From positions 14,637-78,636 of the forward strand of contig JAZSPZ010000052.1 of assembly GCA_045537735.1 (NCBI GenBank): a stretch of 64,000 nucleotides of DNA. The letters run 5' to 3'. How positions within the stretch are numbered: the stretch's first letter is position 1; the number at the start of each line of letters is the position of its first letter. The position numbers were made by a program, and so were the translations under genes. This DNA comes from Lachnospiraceae bacterium. Its GTDB lineage: Bacteria; Bacillota; Clostridia; Lachnospirales; Lachnospiraceae. The notes under the pieces are model-generated. The model worked only from the letters and a program-made list of their open reading frames with translations, was not told where the DNA came from and searched no databases. This document shows positions 53,357-63,299 of the stretch, in pieces.

Positions 53357-55411
53357 TTATTCCTCTTTGTCAGCAGCCTTCTTACCTGTACTTTTTTTGC
53401 CACCAGACTTCTTCGCTGGTTCCTTTTTGTAAAACTGTGCCGCATAATCAAAATAGGCTCTAAGCTGATACTGATTATTCAGGCCTTTCACCGCATCTGT
53501 ACGCTTTTGTATAAAGTCCTCAAGTTTTTTCATATATTCTTCTTCTGTAATAGTTCCCTCTGCTACGTAGGACAACCCCTTTTCCCAGCTTGCGGTAAGC
53601 TCTGGATTGAGCAAGGATTTGATAGAAAACGCCACCACATCATGAATCATTTCTCCCATCAAAGTCGGTGTGATAATCTGGGTTTTTTTATTCAATTCTA
53701 AATACTTATTATTCACCAGCTTTTTGATAATCTCTGCTCTCGTTGCAGAAGTTCCGATTCCACTACCCTTAATCTGGGCACGTAATTCTTCATCTTCAAT
53801 CAATTGTCCTGCATTTTCCATGGCAAGAATCAAAGTTCCTGAGCTGTAACGCTTTGGTGGTGATGTTTCTCCTTCCTTAATCTCAAAGCTATCAATTGAT
53901 AGCTGCATGCCTTTTTTCAAATTCATAGCTGCCGCCACCATTTCCTTGGAATACTTCTCTTCCTCGTCCTTCTGCTTTCCAAAGGAATTCACTGTAATCG
54001 GAAGATATCCCTGATCCACTAAAACCTTGAAATTCGCAAACAATTTCTCCCCATTTCGGTCTATTGTCAAAGCCAGCTTCTGATACACTGCCGGAGGATA
54101 GAAAATACTCAAGAAACGTCTCACAATAATCTCATATACCTTCTTCGCCGTGTCATGCAAACTGCCAAATGCATTCAAGCCCTGTCCCGTAGGGATGATG
54201 GCATAATGGTCAGTAATCTGTTTGTCATTGACGTATCTTGTCTTCGCAATTCCCTTGTAGCTTCCATTCTCCAATATATGCTCTGCGTAAGCCTTCATAG
54301 AAGGGATATTTTTCAGTCCTGAAATATTCTTGTAAATTTCTTTACTTACTGCTGTAGAAAGCACTCTTGCATCCGTTCTTGGATAGGTCACCATCTTCTT
54401 TTCATAAAGCTCCTGTGCAATCTGCAAGGTCTGGTCCGGACTAATCTTAAAAAGTCTTGCACAGTCATTCTGAAGCTCTGCCAAGTTGTAGAGCAGCGGA
54501 GCATTCTTATTCTCCTTTTTTTTCTCCACCTTTTCGATGGTTCCAATGATGCTTCCCTCAGCCGTCAATGGTTGGGACAACTCTTCAATGAGCTTCTTCG
54601 CATCCTTCTCTTCTTTGAACCCATTCTCCTTGTAGAGCAATGGTGAGTTGAAATACCGCGTATCCTCCACCGCTTTCCATTCTGCCTCAAAGGTTCCATC
54701 TGCCAAAGACACATTACCTATTACACGGTAAAATGGTGTCTTCACAAACTGTCTAATTTCACGCTCACGCTTCACAATCATTCCAAGGACACAGGTCATC
54801 ACGCGTCCTACAGAAACCACACATCTATCTTTCCCAAGATAGTTCTTGATGGTATAGCTATACTTCAAGGTCAACAATCTTGAGAAGTTAATTCCCATCA
54901 GATAATCTTCTTTTGCACGTAGATATGCAGAAGCAGAAAGATTGTCGTACGCATGCAAGTCCTTTGCTTCCTTGATACCACGTAAAATCTCCTCTTCTGT
55001 CTGAGAGTCAATCCACACTCTCTTCTTCGCCTTGGTGTCTGGCACCTGTGCCAACTGGTCCACCAAGCGATAGATATATTCTCCCTCTCGTCCCGAGTCA
55101 GTGCACACATAAATGCATCCCACATCCTCACGATTTAGGAGACCTTTTACAATATGAAATTGCTTTGATACACCGTCGATCACCTGATACTTAAAGGTTT
55201 CCGGTAAAAATGGCAACGGCTCCAGCGTCCATTTTTTCAATGCCTCATCATATTCCTCCGGATAACTCATGGTTACCAGATGACCAACACACCACGTCAC
55301 AACAGAATCTGCAGACTCGATATAACCGTCCTTGCTGCCACCACTAATCTTAAGTGCCTTCGCAAATTCTCTTGCCACACTTGGTTTTTCCGCTATGTAT
55401 AAATTCTTCAA
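53357..55411 (-). CDS. topB: DNA topoisomerase III
   Basis: (M)KNLYIAEKPSVAREFAKAL Toprim N-terminus, type IA layout, Lys-rich C-terminal tail. The start codon read directly from the sequence is TTG (55411-55409). Confidence 0.9.
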   Translation of the reverse strand: MKNLYIAEKPSVAREFAKALKISGGSKDGYIESADSVVTWCVGHLVTMSYPEEYDEALKKWTLEPLPFLPETFKYQVIDGVSKQFHIVKGLLNREDVGCIYVCTDSGREGEYIYRLVDQLAQVPDTKAKKRVWIDSQTEEEILRGIKEAKDLHAYDNLSASAYLRAKEDYLMGINFSRLLTLKYSYTIKNYLGKDRCVVSVGRVMTCVLGMIVKREREIRQFVKTPFYRVIGNVSLADGTFEAEWKAVEDTRYFNSPLLYKENGFKEEKDAKKLIEELSQPLTAEGSIIGTIEKVEKKKENKNAPLLYNLAELQNDCARLFKISPDQTLQIAQELYEKKMVTYPRTDARVLSTAVSKEIYKNISGLKNIPSMKAYAEHILENGSYKGIAKTRYVNDKQITDHYAIIPTGQGLNAFGSLHDTAKKVYEIIVRRFLSIFYPPAVYQKLALTIDRNGEKLFANFKVLVDQGYLPITVNSFGKQKDEEEKYSKEMVAAAMNLKKGMQLSIDSFEIKEGETSPPKRYSSGTLILAMENAGQLIEDEELRAQIKGSGIGTSATRAEIIKKLVNNKYLELNKKTQIITPTLMGEMIHDVVAFSIKSLLNPELTASWEKGLSYVAEGTITEEEYMKKLEDFIQKRTDAVKGLNNQYQLRAYFDYAAQFYKKEPAKKSGGKKSTGKKAADKEE

Positions 55412-55573
55412 ATGACTACCTAACTTTCTTTGTAAAATTATCTTTGTAACATCTTAATCCCTGTTACATTTCCCACTTATGCACACTGTTTCTATTGTAC
55501 CTTGAAAGTAACTTTTTGTAAATATTTCAACCGCTAATTGACTATATAGCAAATATTCTGCAACTGGAATGCT

Positions 55574-55626
55574 ACACAAAAAGAGCATCACCGCAAATGA
55601 TATACATTCTCAGTAATACTCTTTTT
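55574..55626 (-). terminator. Possible terminator downstream of the Che-cluster MCP
   Basis: AAAGAGUAU / AUGCUCUUU stem (one G.U) around a 27-nt loop, followed by UUUUUGUG on the minus-strand RNA. The large loop makes this weak. Confidence 0.35.
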
Positions 55627-55660
55627 CATCTCTTTATGTCGTTATAATGCTAACTGCAAC

Positions 55661-57022
55661 TTAGTATTTTCCAAAATCTCCATCCAGAGAAATAATCGAC
55701 TCATTATCCTGCTTAACCGGTACACTGTAGTTCACTGCATTATTGGTATAAACCGGCGTAGTCGCACTTCCTCTACCATCATCTTTCAACTGATATTTTG
55801 CCAACATCTGAATCAGCACCTCTGACTGATTTGCAAGCTCCTCACTACTCGCCGCACATTCCTCACTGCTTGCAGAATTGTTCTGTACCACCATGGACAC
55901 TTGACCGATTGCCTGGTTAATCTCTGTAACTGCAGTCGCTTGATTATTGGTTGCCATTGCAATATTATCAATCAACTCAGCAGTCTTTTCTACATCGCTT
56001 ACAATTTCTTCTAATGACTTTGCTGTTTCCTTTGCCAACTCGGATCCATTGTTGATTTTCTGAATAGAACCAGTAATCATATCGTTGGTTTCATTGGCTG
56101 CTTGTGCACTCTTTTCTGCCAGGTTGCGAACCTCTTCTGCAACAACTGCAAAGCCTTTACCATGCACACCAGCTCTTGCAGCTTCTACGGTTGCATTTAA
56201 CGCGAGAATATTGGTCTGAAATGCAATATCATCAATGGTCTTGATGACCTTAGAAATCTCCACAGAAGACTTATTAATCTCCTTCATTGCCGCAACCATC
56301 TCATGCATTTTTTCATTGCCAGCTTCTGCTTCCCTCGCCACATTCTGTGCAAGTTTGTCTGCTTCACTAGCCTGCGTAGCATTGATACGTGTCTTCTCTG
56401 CAATCTCATCCATAGATGCTGTAATCTGTTCAATGGCACTTGCCTGTTCTGTGGAACCCTGGGCCAACGCCTGACTAGCACTTGCAACCTGTCCTGCACC
56501 GGCTGTTACCTGAGTTGTAGACTCCTTCATTGTTGCTAGTAAAATGTTGTAATCGTCTATGATTTCTTTTAAAGCCAACCCCAAAATATCCTTATCAGAA
56601 TGTGGCGTAATATCAACCTGCAAATTACCCTGTGAGATTTCATGCGCAACCTTTGCTTGCCCCTTAATATTACCAACCATCTCACTGAATGCTTCTTTCA
56701 AATCAGTAATCTCGTCTTTATATTTGTGTTCTGAAAACTGTACATCTATTTCTCCAACAGCAATCTTGTTGGCTGCATCCTTCAACTCCTCAATGGGATC
56801 CGCAACCACACGGATTAAGCTAATTGCAGCTGCAACAGAACTTACAATTACCACCAGTAACATCAATCCCACAACCCGAGCAACAGAATTCAACGCTGCA
56901 TTCATCTGACCATCCGAAACCTTCATAACAGACATCACACAATAACCAACCATAATTAAATTTACCATTAATAATAGTGCAAAACTGATTATAATTCTTG
57001 TTTTTATCTTTACTGTTTTCAT
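55661..57022 (-). CDS. Methyl-accepting chemotaxis protein (TM-short loop-TM-HAMP-signalling domain)
   Basis: [31 protein letters not shown] signature and HAMP ([25 protein letters not shown]). The start is placed at ATG 57022 (GAGGAA SD), 4 nt after the cheW stop. Confidence 0.9.
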   Translation of the reverse strand: MKTVKIKTRIIISFALLLMVNLIMVGYCVMSVMKVSDGQMNAALNSVARVVGLMLLVVIVSSVAAAISLIRVVADPIEELKDAANKIAVGEIDVQFSEHKYKDEITDLKEAFSEMVGNIKGQAKVAHEISQGNLQVDITPHSDKDILGLALKEIIDDYNILLATMKESTTQVTAGAGQVASASQALAQGSTEQASAIEQITASMDEIAEKTRINATQASEADKLAQNVAREAEAGNEKMHEMVAAMKEINKSSVEISKVIKTIDDIAFQTNILALNATVEAARAGVHGKGFAVVAEEVRNLAEKSAQAANETNDMITGSIQKINNGSELAKETAKSLEEIVSDVEKTAELIDNIAMATNNQATAVTEINQAIGQVSMVVQNNSASSEECAASSEELANQSEVLIQMLAKYQLKDDGRGSATTPVYTNNAVNYSVPVKQDNESIISLDGDFGKY

Positions 57023-57026
57023 CTGC

Positions 57027-57584
57027 CTATTCCTCACTTTCCTCTGCTGCGTCTTCCACATCATTTTCAGCTCTACTTGCCACATCTTCCAAAAGGCTCA
57101 ATTCTTCATCTTGAATTAACTTGTTTGGATTCAATAACATCTTTACAGAATCTCCAACCTTACCCAAACCATATACATATTGGTTTCTCACATTTTTCGG
57201 ATTCAATGTTGGTGGTGGAACAATATTGGAATCATCTATCTCCACAACCTCTGCAATGGTTTCTACAATCAAGCCAACGATGGTTTCATTCACGTTAATG
57301 ATAATGATGCACGTTCTGTCATTGTATTCAAGGGGTTCCTGTTTGAATCGAACACGGACATCAATGACAGGTATAATCTTTCCTCTCAAATTAATGAGAC
57401 CTTTGATATAATCTTCCACTTCAGGAATTGCAGTAATCTTCTGAATCCCCACAATCTCTACAACATGTTTCAATGCAATCCCAAAATATTCGCCATTGGA
57501 CTTGAAGGTCATATACTTACCTTTTTCAGTACTGAGCACATTCTCGTCCTGCAACATTTCTTCTTGAATCATTTCCTCCTGCAC
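57027..57584 (-). CDS. cheW: Chemotaxis coupling protein CheW
   Basis: 185 aa. [22 protein letters not shown]...[15 protein letters not shown] is typical of the CheW fold. Confidence 0.9.
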   Translation of the reverse strand: MQEEMIQEEMLQDENVLSTEKGKYMTFKSNGEYFGIALKHVVEIVGIQKITAIPEVEDYIKGLINLRGKIIPVIDVRVRFKQEPLEYNDRTCIIIINVNETIVGLIVETIAEVVEIDDSNIVPPPTLNPKNVRNQYVYGLGKVGDSVKMLLNPNKLIQDEELSLLEDVASRAENDVEDAAEESEE

Positions 57585-57602
57585 AAGTCATCTCTCCCCT
57601 CT

Positions 57603-59747
57603 TTAGTTCTTTAATCCCGCAACATCTAATATCAATGCAATACTTCCATCACCTAGTTGGGTACATCCCGACAAACCATCCACCTTTGGCACATAATTCG
57701 GTATTGGCTTTACAACAATCTCCTGTTGTCCCACTAGTTTATCAACAAATATTGCCATCTTCTGTCCTTCATGCTCCAGGATAATCACCACATTCTTTTC
57801 ACTATTCTGAAGTTCTAAATGATACTTATTCTCCAAACGAACCACTGGATAATACTCATCACGAACCACCGCGTATTCCTCTCCATTTGGCTCTTTCACA
57901 AGCTGACAATCTTTTGCTTTGATAAATTCCTGAATATTGCTTGTTTCAATTACAAATGCACTGTTTCCAAGGCGAACCACAATACCTTCAATAATAGCTA
58001 AGGTAAGTGGTATCTTCAAAGTCATGGTGGAGCCTTCACCCTTCTTACTGTCTATTTCTAAGCGACCACCAATACTCTGAATATTCTTCACTACAACATC
58101 CATTCCTACGCCACGACCAGAATACTCCGTAACTTGCTCCTTTGTCGAAAAACCAGGATATGTAATGTACTGATACAATTCCTTGTCAGTGAAATCGGAA
58201 CGATGTTTGCCTGCTGGTATCAACTCATTATTCTTTGCCTTTTGGTAAATCGCATCACTGTCTAGGCCCTTACCATCATCTTTTACAATGATATACACTT
58301 TTCCCGATTCATTCATTGCCTCAATGGTAATCTTACCCTTTGCAGGTTTACCAGCCGCCACGCGATCCTCTGGCATCTCAATTCCATGGTCAACAGAGTT
58401 ACGAATCAAATGCATCAAAGGATCAGAAATATTCTCTATAATCTTCTTATCCACCTCTGTCTCTTCGCCAATCATTTCCAACTCAATCTCTTTTCCCAAC
58501 TTTCTGGAAACATCAAATACAATTCGGTTCATTTTTTGGAAGGTGTTAGTAAGTGGCATCAAACGCATGGACATAATCACATCCTGCAGTTCTGACGAGA
58601 ACTTCATCATCTGTCTTGCTGCTTTCTGAAAATTCGATAGTTCCAATCCTGGAACTTGTAAATCCGGATTCTGTAATACACCGGACTGCGCGATTACCAA
58701 CTCGCCAACCAAATCCATCAACGCATCCATCTTGGCTATATTCACACTAATATAACTTTGCTTTTGCTGTTTTTCTTTCTTCTGATGCTTTGCAAGGGTC
58801 TGCTTGCGTCCCGGTGTCTTTTCTTTCACAACATAATCACCAGGCTCTAGCTCCTCTTGCTGTACCTTCTTTTCTTCTTCCTGTTTCGCTTTCGCCTCAA
58901 TCTCCTCCACACTGGACTCCAAATCAATCTGAAGTGATTGAGTTTCCGCCTTGACATCAAATCCCTGTGAGAATGCCGTAGCATCACATTCCACAATATC
59001 AATCTGTAAAATATCCGGACAATTATCTACTAACTTTCGAATCTCATCCTTTGTAGATTGTGTTTGTAAAAGCATGGAAAAGCCTTTTTCCAAGATAATA
59101 TCTGCTGATTTTTCATCTCCCAGTATATCTTCTGGTGTGTATAGCAAGTCCTCTGCCACGTCTTTTAATGCATAAACGGCATTATATGCTCGAATGTTGC
59201 TCATCATAGTATCCTTGCGATACTGAATCAAAATCTTGAAAAAACAACTCTTCTCTGTCGCCATAGGGGCAATATAAAACTGGCTCGGTGCAACGTATAC
59301 ATTTTCTTCTGGAAGTTCCTCTCCTGAACTTTCAATATGATTTTTCATATCCTCCAAAAATGCATCCATAACCTTCATCAGTTCTGCATTGTCACCATCC
59401 GGCTCATCTCCCTCTTCAATTTTGTCAAACTCTGCCGTTATAAAACCTGACACATCCAGCACAATGGAAACCAACTCCTTGTGGTCCAAACGCTCCGGCT
59501 GAGATTCACGAATATAATAAAAGATATCCTCTAACTTATGAGAGACATGGGTAATATTATCAAACATCATAATTCCAGACGAACCTTTTATTGTATGCAT
59601 AACACGAAAAATGCTATTGACATCATCTTCATCAAATCTGTCTGCATTTTGTTTTTCTAACACAATTCCGTCTAGATTTTCTAACAGCTGCCTGTTTTCA
59701 AACAAATACATGTCCAACATGCTATCTGTACTAAAATCTTCTGCCAT
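57603..59747 (-). CDS. cheA: Chemotaxis histidine kinase CheA
   Basis: Hpt HTIKGSSG, HATPase (DPLMHLIRNSVDHGIE, DDGKGL, GRGVGMDVV), and a C-terminal CheW-like domain. Confidence 0.95.
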   Translation of the reverse strand: MAEDFSTDSMLDMYLFENRQLLENLDGIVLEKQNADRFDEDDVNSIFRVMHTIKGSSGIMMFDNITHVSHKLEDIFYYIRESQPERLDHKELVSIVLDVSGFITAEFDKIEEGDEPDGDNAELMKVMDAFLEDMKNHIESSGEELPEENVYVAPSQFYIAPMATEKSCFFKILIQYRKDTMMSNIRAYNAVYALKDVAEDLLYTPEDILGDEKSADIILEKGFSMLLQTQSTKDEIRKLVDNCPDILQIDIVECDATAFSQGFDVKAETQSLQIDLESSVEEIEAKAKQEEEKKVQQEELEPGDYVVKEKTPGRKQTLAKHQKKEKQQKQSYISVNIAKMDALMDLVGELVIAQSGVLQNPDLQVPGLELSNFQKAARQMMKFSSELQDVIMSMRLMPLTNTFQKMNRIVFDVSRKLGKEIELEMIGEETEVDKKIIENISDPLMHLIRNSVDHGIEMPEDRVAAGKPAKGKITIEAMNESGKVYIIVKDDGKGLDSDAIYQKAKNNELIPAGKHRSDFTDKELYQYITYPGFSTKEQVTEYSGRGVGMDVVVKNIQSIGGRLEIDSKKGEGSTMTLKIPLTLAIIEGIVVRLGNSAFVIETSNIQEFIKAKDCQLVKEPNGEEYAVVRDEYYPVVRLENKYHLELQNSEKNVVIILEHEGQKMAIFVDKLVGQQEIVVKPIPNYVPKVDGLSGCTQLGDGSIALILDVAGLKN

Positions 59748-59783
59748 GTTCTACCTCCTCTCTAAAGCATCTATCGTCATACG

Positions 59784-60176
59784 TTATACAAGTGCTAACT
59801 TCTGCAATACCTCTTTTAACTTCTCAATATCCACTGGCTTTGCACAATATACAGTACATCCCATTTCAAATGCTTTCTTCACATTACGCTCTTCATTTAG
59901 CGCAGTCATCATAATAATTTTGACACGCTTCTCCATTGGAACACCTTTTTCTTCCTCAATGTCGCGGATGGCCTTTAATGCCTGATAGCCATCCATAACC
60001 GGCATCATCACATCGAGACACACCAGATCATAAGGCTCCTCATCCTCATATGCCATCATAAATGCGTCCACCACCTCCATACCATCTACAGTGGCGTCGC
60101 ACTCTCCGTACTGACTCAAATAATTTGTGATAAATTTGCGGCTTGCAAAATCATCCTCTGCTACTAATGATTTCAT
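59784..60176 (-). CDS. cheY: CheY-like single-domain response regulator
   Basis: 130 aa. AEDD acidic pocket, LDVMMPVMDG phospho-Asp, conserved T and K (MMTAL, YCAKP). Confidence 0.85.
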   Translation of the reverse strand: MKSLVAEDDFASRKFITNYLSQYGECDATVDGMEVVDAFMMAYEDEEPYDLVCLDVMMPVMDGYQALKAIRDIEEEKGVPMEKRVKIIMMTALNEERNVKKAFEMGCTVYCAKPVDIEKLKEVLQKLALV

Positions 60177-60248
60177 AACTTTTACCTCCTATCTCTATCT
60201 CTCATATTACTTTGCATATCCTCTATTTCTTAAACTATATAGTATAGT

Positions 60249-61286
60249 TTAGTTGCCAACTTCCTTTTCCAACAAGTGATACACGCAGTCAGCAATGTTA
60301 TCCAAAGATTCCTGATACATGACTGCACCACTGTCAAAAGCCTCCTTGGGCATTCCATACACTACACAGCTTGCCTGGTCCTGTCCTATTGTTTCAGCAC
60401 CTACCTGCCGCATTTTCAACAACCCTTCTGCTCCATCTCTTCCCATACCAGTCAAAATGATTCCAATGGCATCCTTGCCAGCTGCCTCCGCCACAGAATG
60501 AAACAGCACATCTACGGAAGGACAATGCCCACTGACCTTGTCTCCAAATCTGCATTCCACCTGATAGCCTCCTGGTACTTTTTTCAATCGCATCTGCTTA
60601 TCTCCTGGTGCAATCAAAACCTGTCCAGGAATCACTTTATCTCCATCCTTTGCTTCCTTTACAACCACCTTGCATTGGTTATTCAGACGGTTGGCATACA
60701 TCTCTGTAAACCCAGGTGGCATATGCTGAACCACTACCACTCCCGGAATATCCGTTTCAAACTTGGATATCACATCAAAGATTGCCTCTGTACCACCTGT
60801 AGAAGCGCCTATGGCAATCACCTTATTCCTACTTGCATGGTTAATCGCACCTTCATGATGATACTCCGGCTTTGCTTTCTTCAACTTATCAACCTTACAT
60901 GTAGAGGCAATCTTTACTTTTGTTGCCAGTTCATGTTTGATGAAATGTTCCACTTGTGCACGGTCTTTACCCGTTGGTTTTTCCACAAAGTCTACCGCAC
61001 CAGCTTGAATAGCATCAAACACCTTATCACTTAATGATGTAATCACCACCGTCGGAATGGGAACCTGTGGCATAAGCTTTTTTAAAAACTCAAGACCACC
61101 CATTCTAGGCATTTCCAAATCCAGTGTCATCACATCTGGTTTTTGTTTTATAATCTCATCTCGCGCCTCATAGGGATTGTTTGCTACCGCAATCACCTCT
61201 ATCATAGGGTCCTTATTCAAATTATCTGCTAACATCCGCTGAAACAGAATGGAATCCTCTACAACCAAAACCTTTATCTTTCTCAT
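60249..61286 (-). CDS. cheB: Protein-glutamate methylesterase CheB (REC plus esterase)
   Basis: REC (VLVVEDS, TLDLEMPRMGG) plus esterase (IGASTGG, HMPPGFT, GMGRDGA). ATG 61286 (AGGAG SD) is preferred to GTG 61292. Confidence 0.9.
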   Translation of the reverse strand: MRKIKVLVVEDSILFQRMLADNLNKDPMIEVIAVANNPYEARDEIIKQKPDVMTLDLEMPRMGGLEFLKKLMPQVPIPTVVITSLSDKVFDAIQAGAVDFVEKPTGKDRAQVEHFIKHELATKVKIASTCKVDKLKKAKPEYHHEGAINHASRNKVIAIGASTGGTEAIFDVISKFETDIPGVVVVQHMPPGFTEMYANRLNNQCKVVVKEAKDGDKVIPGQVLIAPGDKQMRLKKVPGGYQVECRFGDKVSGHCPSVDVLFHSVAEAAGKDAIGIILTGMGRDGAEGLLKMRQVGAETIGQDQASCVVYGMPKEAFDSGAVMYQESLDNIADCVYHLLEKEVGN

Positions 61287-61330
61287 AACCACATCTCCTA
61301 CACATCAAGTTCCACAAAAGACCAACGCTA

Positions 61331-62134
61331 TCATTTTTTACGATAAACAGACGGTATCACATACTCCAATCCAAAGGCATCCCGCTCCACCGATTCTGTT
61401 GTTCCTACGAACAGATAGCCGCCCGGCACCATTGCATCAACAATTTTTTCAATTAACCGTCTCTTTGTATCTTCTTCAAAATAAATCATTACATTGCGAA
61501 TAAATACTACATGCAATGGCTTACGAAACGGCAACGGATTCATCAAGTTAAACTGACGAAATAACACCTGTTCTTTCAAATCCTTCTTTGCTTCGTACTT
61601 CCCATCTCCACTCTTTTGAAAATAGAGACGTTTCCACTGACCTGGCAGCGCATCCACCTGCTCTTCTGAATATACTCCCCGCTCTGCAAACTCCAACACC
61701 TTGGCAGATACATCTGTAGCCAAAATTTGGGTATCCCACATTCCATGCTCAAAACCAAAGAAATCCATATTCAACATCGCTAGCGTATAGGGTTCTTCCC
61801 CTGTAGATGCCGCTGCCGACCAAATACGCAAATCTTTTGATACGGATTCTCTCTTCTTCAAATATGGAAGAACCTCATTGCGATACAATTCAAAGTGCAC
61901 CGGTTCTCTCCAAAAATAAGTGTGATGTGTGGTTAGAATGCTTAGCATTTCTTCTACTTCCTTCCCTGACACATCCTGATGAATATAATGCATATATTCC
62001 GTAAAATCACGAAAACCTTTCTTTGCTAGCTGTGGTTCCAACCGTCCCTCTATCAATGTTCGTTTTTGACTCAAATCCACGCCGATTCGTTCTTTCACAA
62101 ATTGTTGTACTTTTACAAATTCTGCATCTGTCAT
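61331..62134 (-). CDS. cheR: Chemotaxis protein methyltransferase CheR
   Basis: TTHHTYFWRE, IWSAAASTGEEPYTLAM and IRNVMIYF motifs. Confidence 0.9.
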   Translation of the reverse strand: MTDAEFVKVQQFVKERIGVDLSQKRTLIEGRLEPQLAKKGFRDFTEYMHYIHQDVSGKEVEEMLSILTTHHTYFWREPVHFELYRNEVLPYLKKRESVSKDLRIWSAAASTGEEPYTLAMLNMDFFGFEHGMWDTQILATDVSAKVLEFAERGVYSEEQVDALPGQWKRLYFQKSGDGKYEAKKDLKEQVLFRQFNLMNPLPFRKPLHVVFIRNVMIYFEEDTKRRLIEKIVDAMVPGGYLFVGTTESVERDAFGLEYVIPSVYRKK

Positions 62135-62172
62135 ATCCCTACACCCTTTTGCAACCTGAAAAGACTACGCTG

Positions 62173-63246
62173 CTATTTTCCTTTTTTCAGCTGTTTTTCA
62201 ATCATCCAGAACACCTTTTCAATATCCGGATCAAAATATCCTTTATAAATGGTACGCATACGTTCTTTTGCCTCATCCAAGGAATATTCCGGTTTGTAAC
62301 ATTTCTCACTTCGCAAGGTATCATATACATCTACGATTGCCACAATTCTCGCCTCTAACGGAATTTCCTCCCCTTTTAATCCGTAAGGGTATCCCCTGCC
62401 ATCAAAACGCTCATGATGATACATCACAACATTCCGGGCCATAGAGATAAACGCATCCTCCTCCATATCACGAAACACCTCATCAAAAATACGTTTGCCA
62501 TACATTGGATGTCTCTGCATTTCCTCTAGTTCCCCTGCACTCAACTTCCCAGGTTTTTCTAAGACCGCTGGAGGAATGGCAATCTTTCCAATGTCATGAA
62601 TCATAGAAGCAGCTTCAATCAATTCGATAAATCGGTCCGAAATACGGTTTTCATATTTGTGTGTAAATGCAAGGGCTTGTGCCAATATTCTGGAATTATA
62701 AGAAATATTCTCCAAATGGTTCTCCGTGGTAATAATCATATTCCCCTCGGTTACCTTTGCTAATGCAACCAGTGCTGTCTTCTTCGCATTTTCAATGGCT
62801 TGCATTTGTTTCTTAATCATTACATTCAACTGATAATTATTCTGTTCCAATTGTTCTTGCATCTGCCGCAACTTCATATGTGTCTGAATACGAATCTGCA
62901 CTTCTTCTTTGATGTATGGTTTTGTGATATAGTCCACAGCCCCCAACTTTAACCCTTTAATTTTCTCGTTATCAGAAATTACGGCTGACACGAATACAAA
63001 TGGAATATCCTTTGTTTTCGGTTCCTTTTTAACCAATTCACAGAAGGTGTATCCATCCATCTCTGGCATAGCCACATCCGACACAATCAAATCTGGTACT
63101 TCTCTATTCAACTGTTCAAATGCCTCCTTTGTTCCGCTACACAACCAAGGTTCATATCCGATGCCCTCAATTATCTTTCCTAAAAGAACACGAGTCATTT
63201 TCTCATCATCTACAATTAGCACGGTAGGACGCTTTTCTGTATCCAT
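62173..63246 (-). CDS. Response regulator with HD-GYP c-di-GMP phosphodiesterase output domain
   Basis: REC (LIVDDE, VSDVAMPEMDG, ITKP), a coiled-coil linker, HD (MIHDIGKIAIP), and HHERFDGRGYP (GYP). Confidence 0.85.
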   Translation of the reverse strand: MDTEKRPTVLIVDDEKMTRVLLGKIIEGIGYEPWLCSGTKEAFEQLNREVPDLIVSDVAMPEMDGYTFCELVKKEPKTKDIPFVFVSAVISDNEKIKGLKLGAVDYITKPYIKEEVQIRIQTHMKLRQMQEQLEQNNYQLNVMIKKQMQAIENAKKTALVALAKVTEGNMIITTENHLENISYNSRILAQALAFTHKYENRISDRFIELIEAASMIHDIGKIAIPPAVLEKPGKLSAGELEEMQRHPMYGKRIFDEVFRDMEEDAFISMARNVVMYHHERFDGRGYPYGLKGEEIPLEARIVAIVDVYDTLRSEKCYKPEYSLDEAKERMRTIYKGYFDPDIEKVFWMIEKQLKKGK

Positions 63247-63299
63247 AAAAATCCCCCTGTCAACCTGTTTATTTAAACAAATCTCTTACTCTCACATGA

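Noticed and set aside
60230-60250. Small palindrome AAACTATA-TAG-TATAGTTT overlapping the cheB stop as an intra-operon terminator
   Set aside because: It is an 8-bp AT-only stem with no T-run on the transcribed strand. It is more likely fortuitous or a minor RNA structure.
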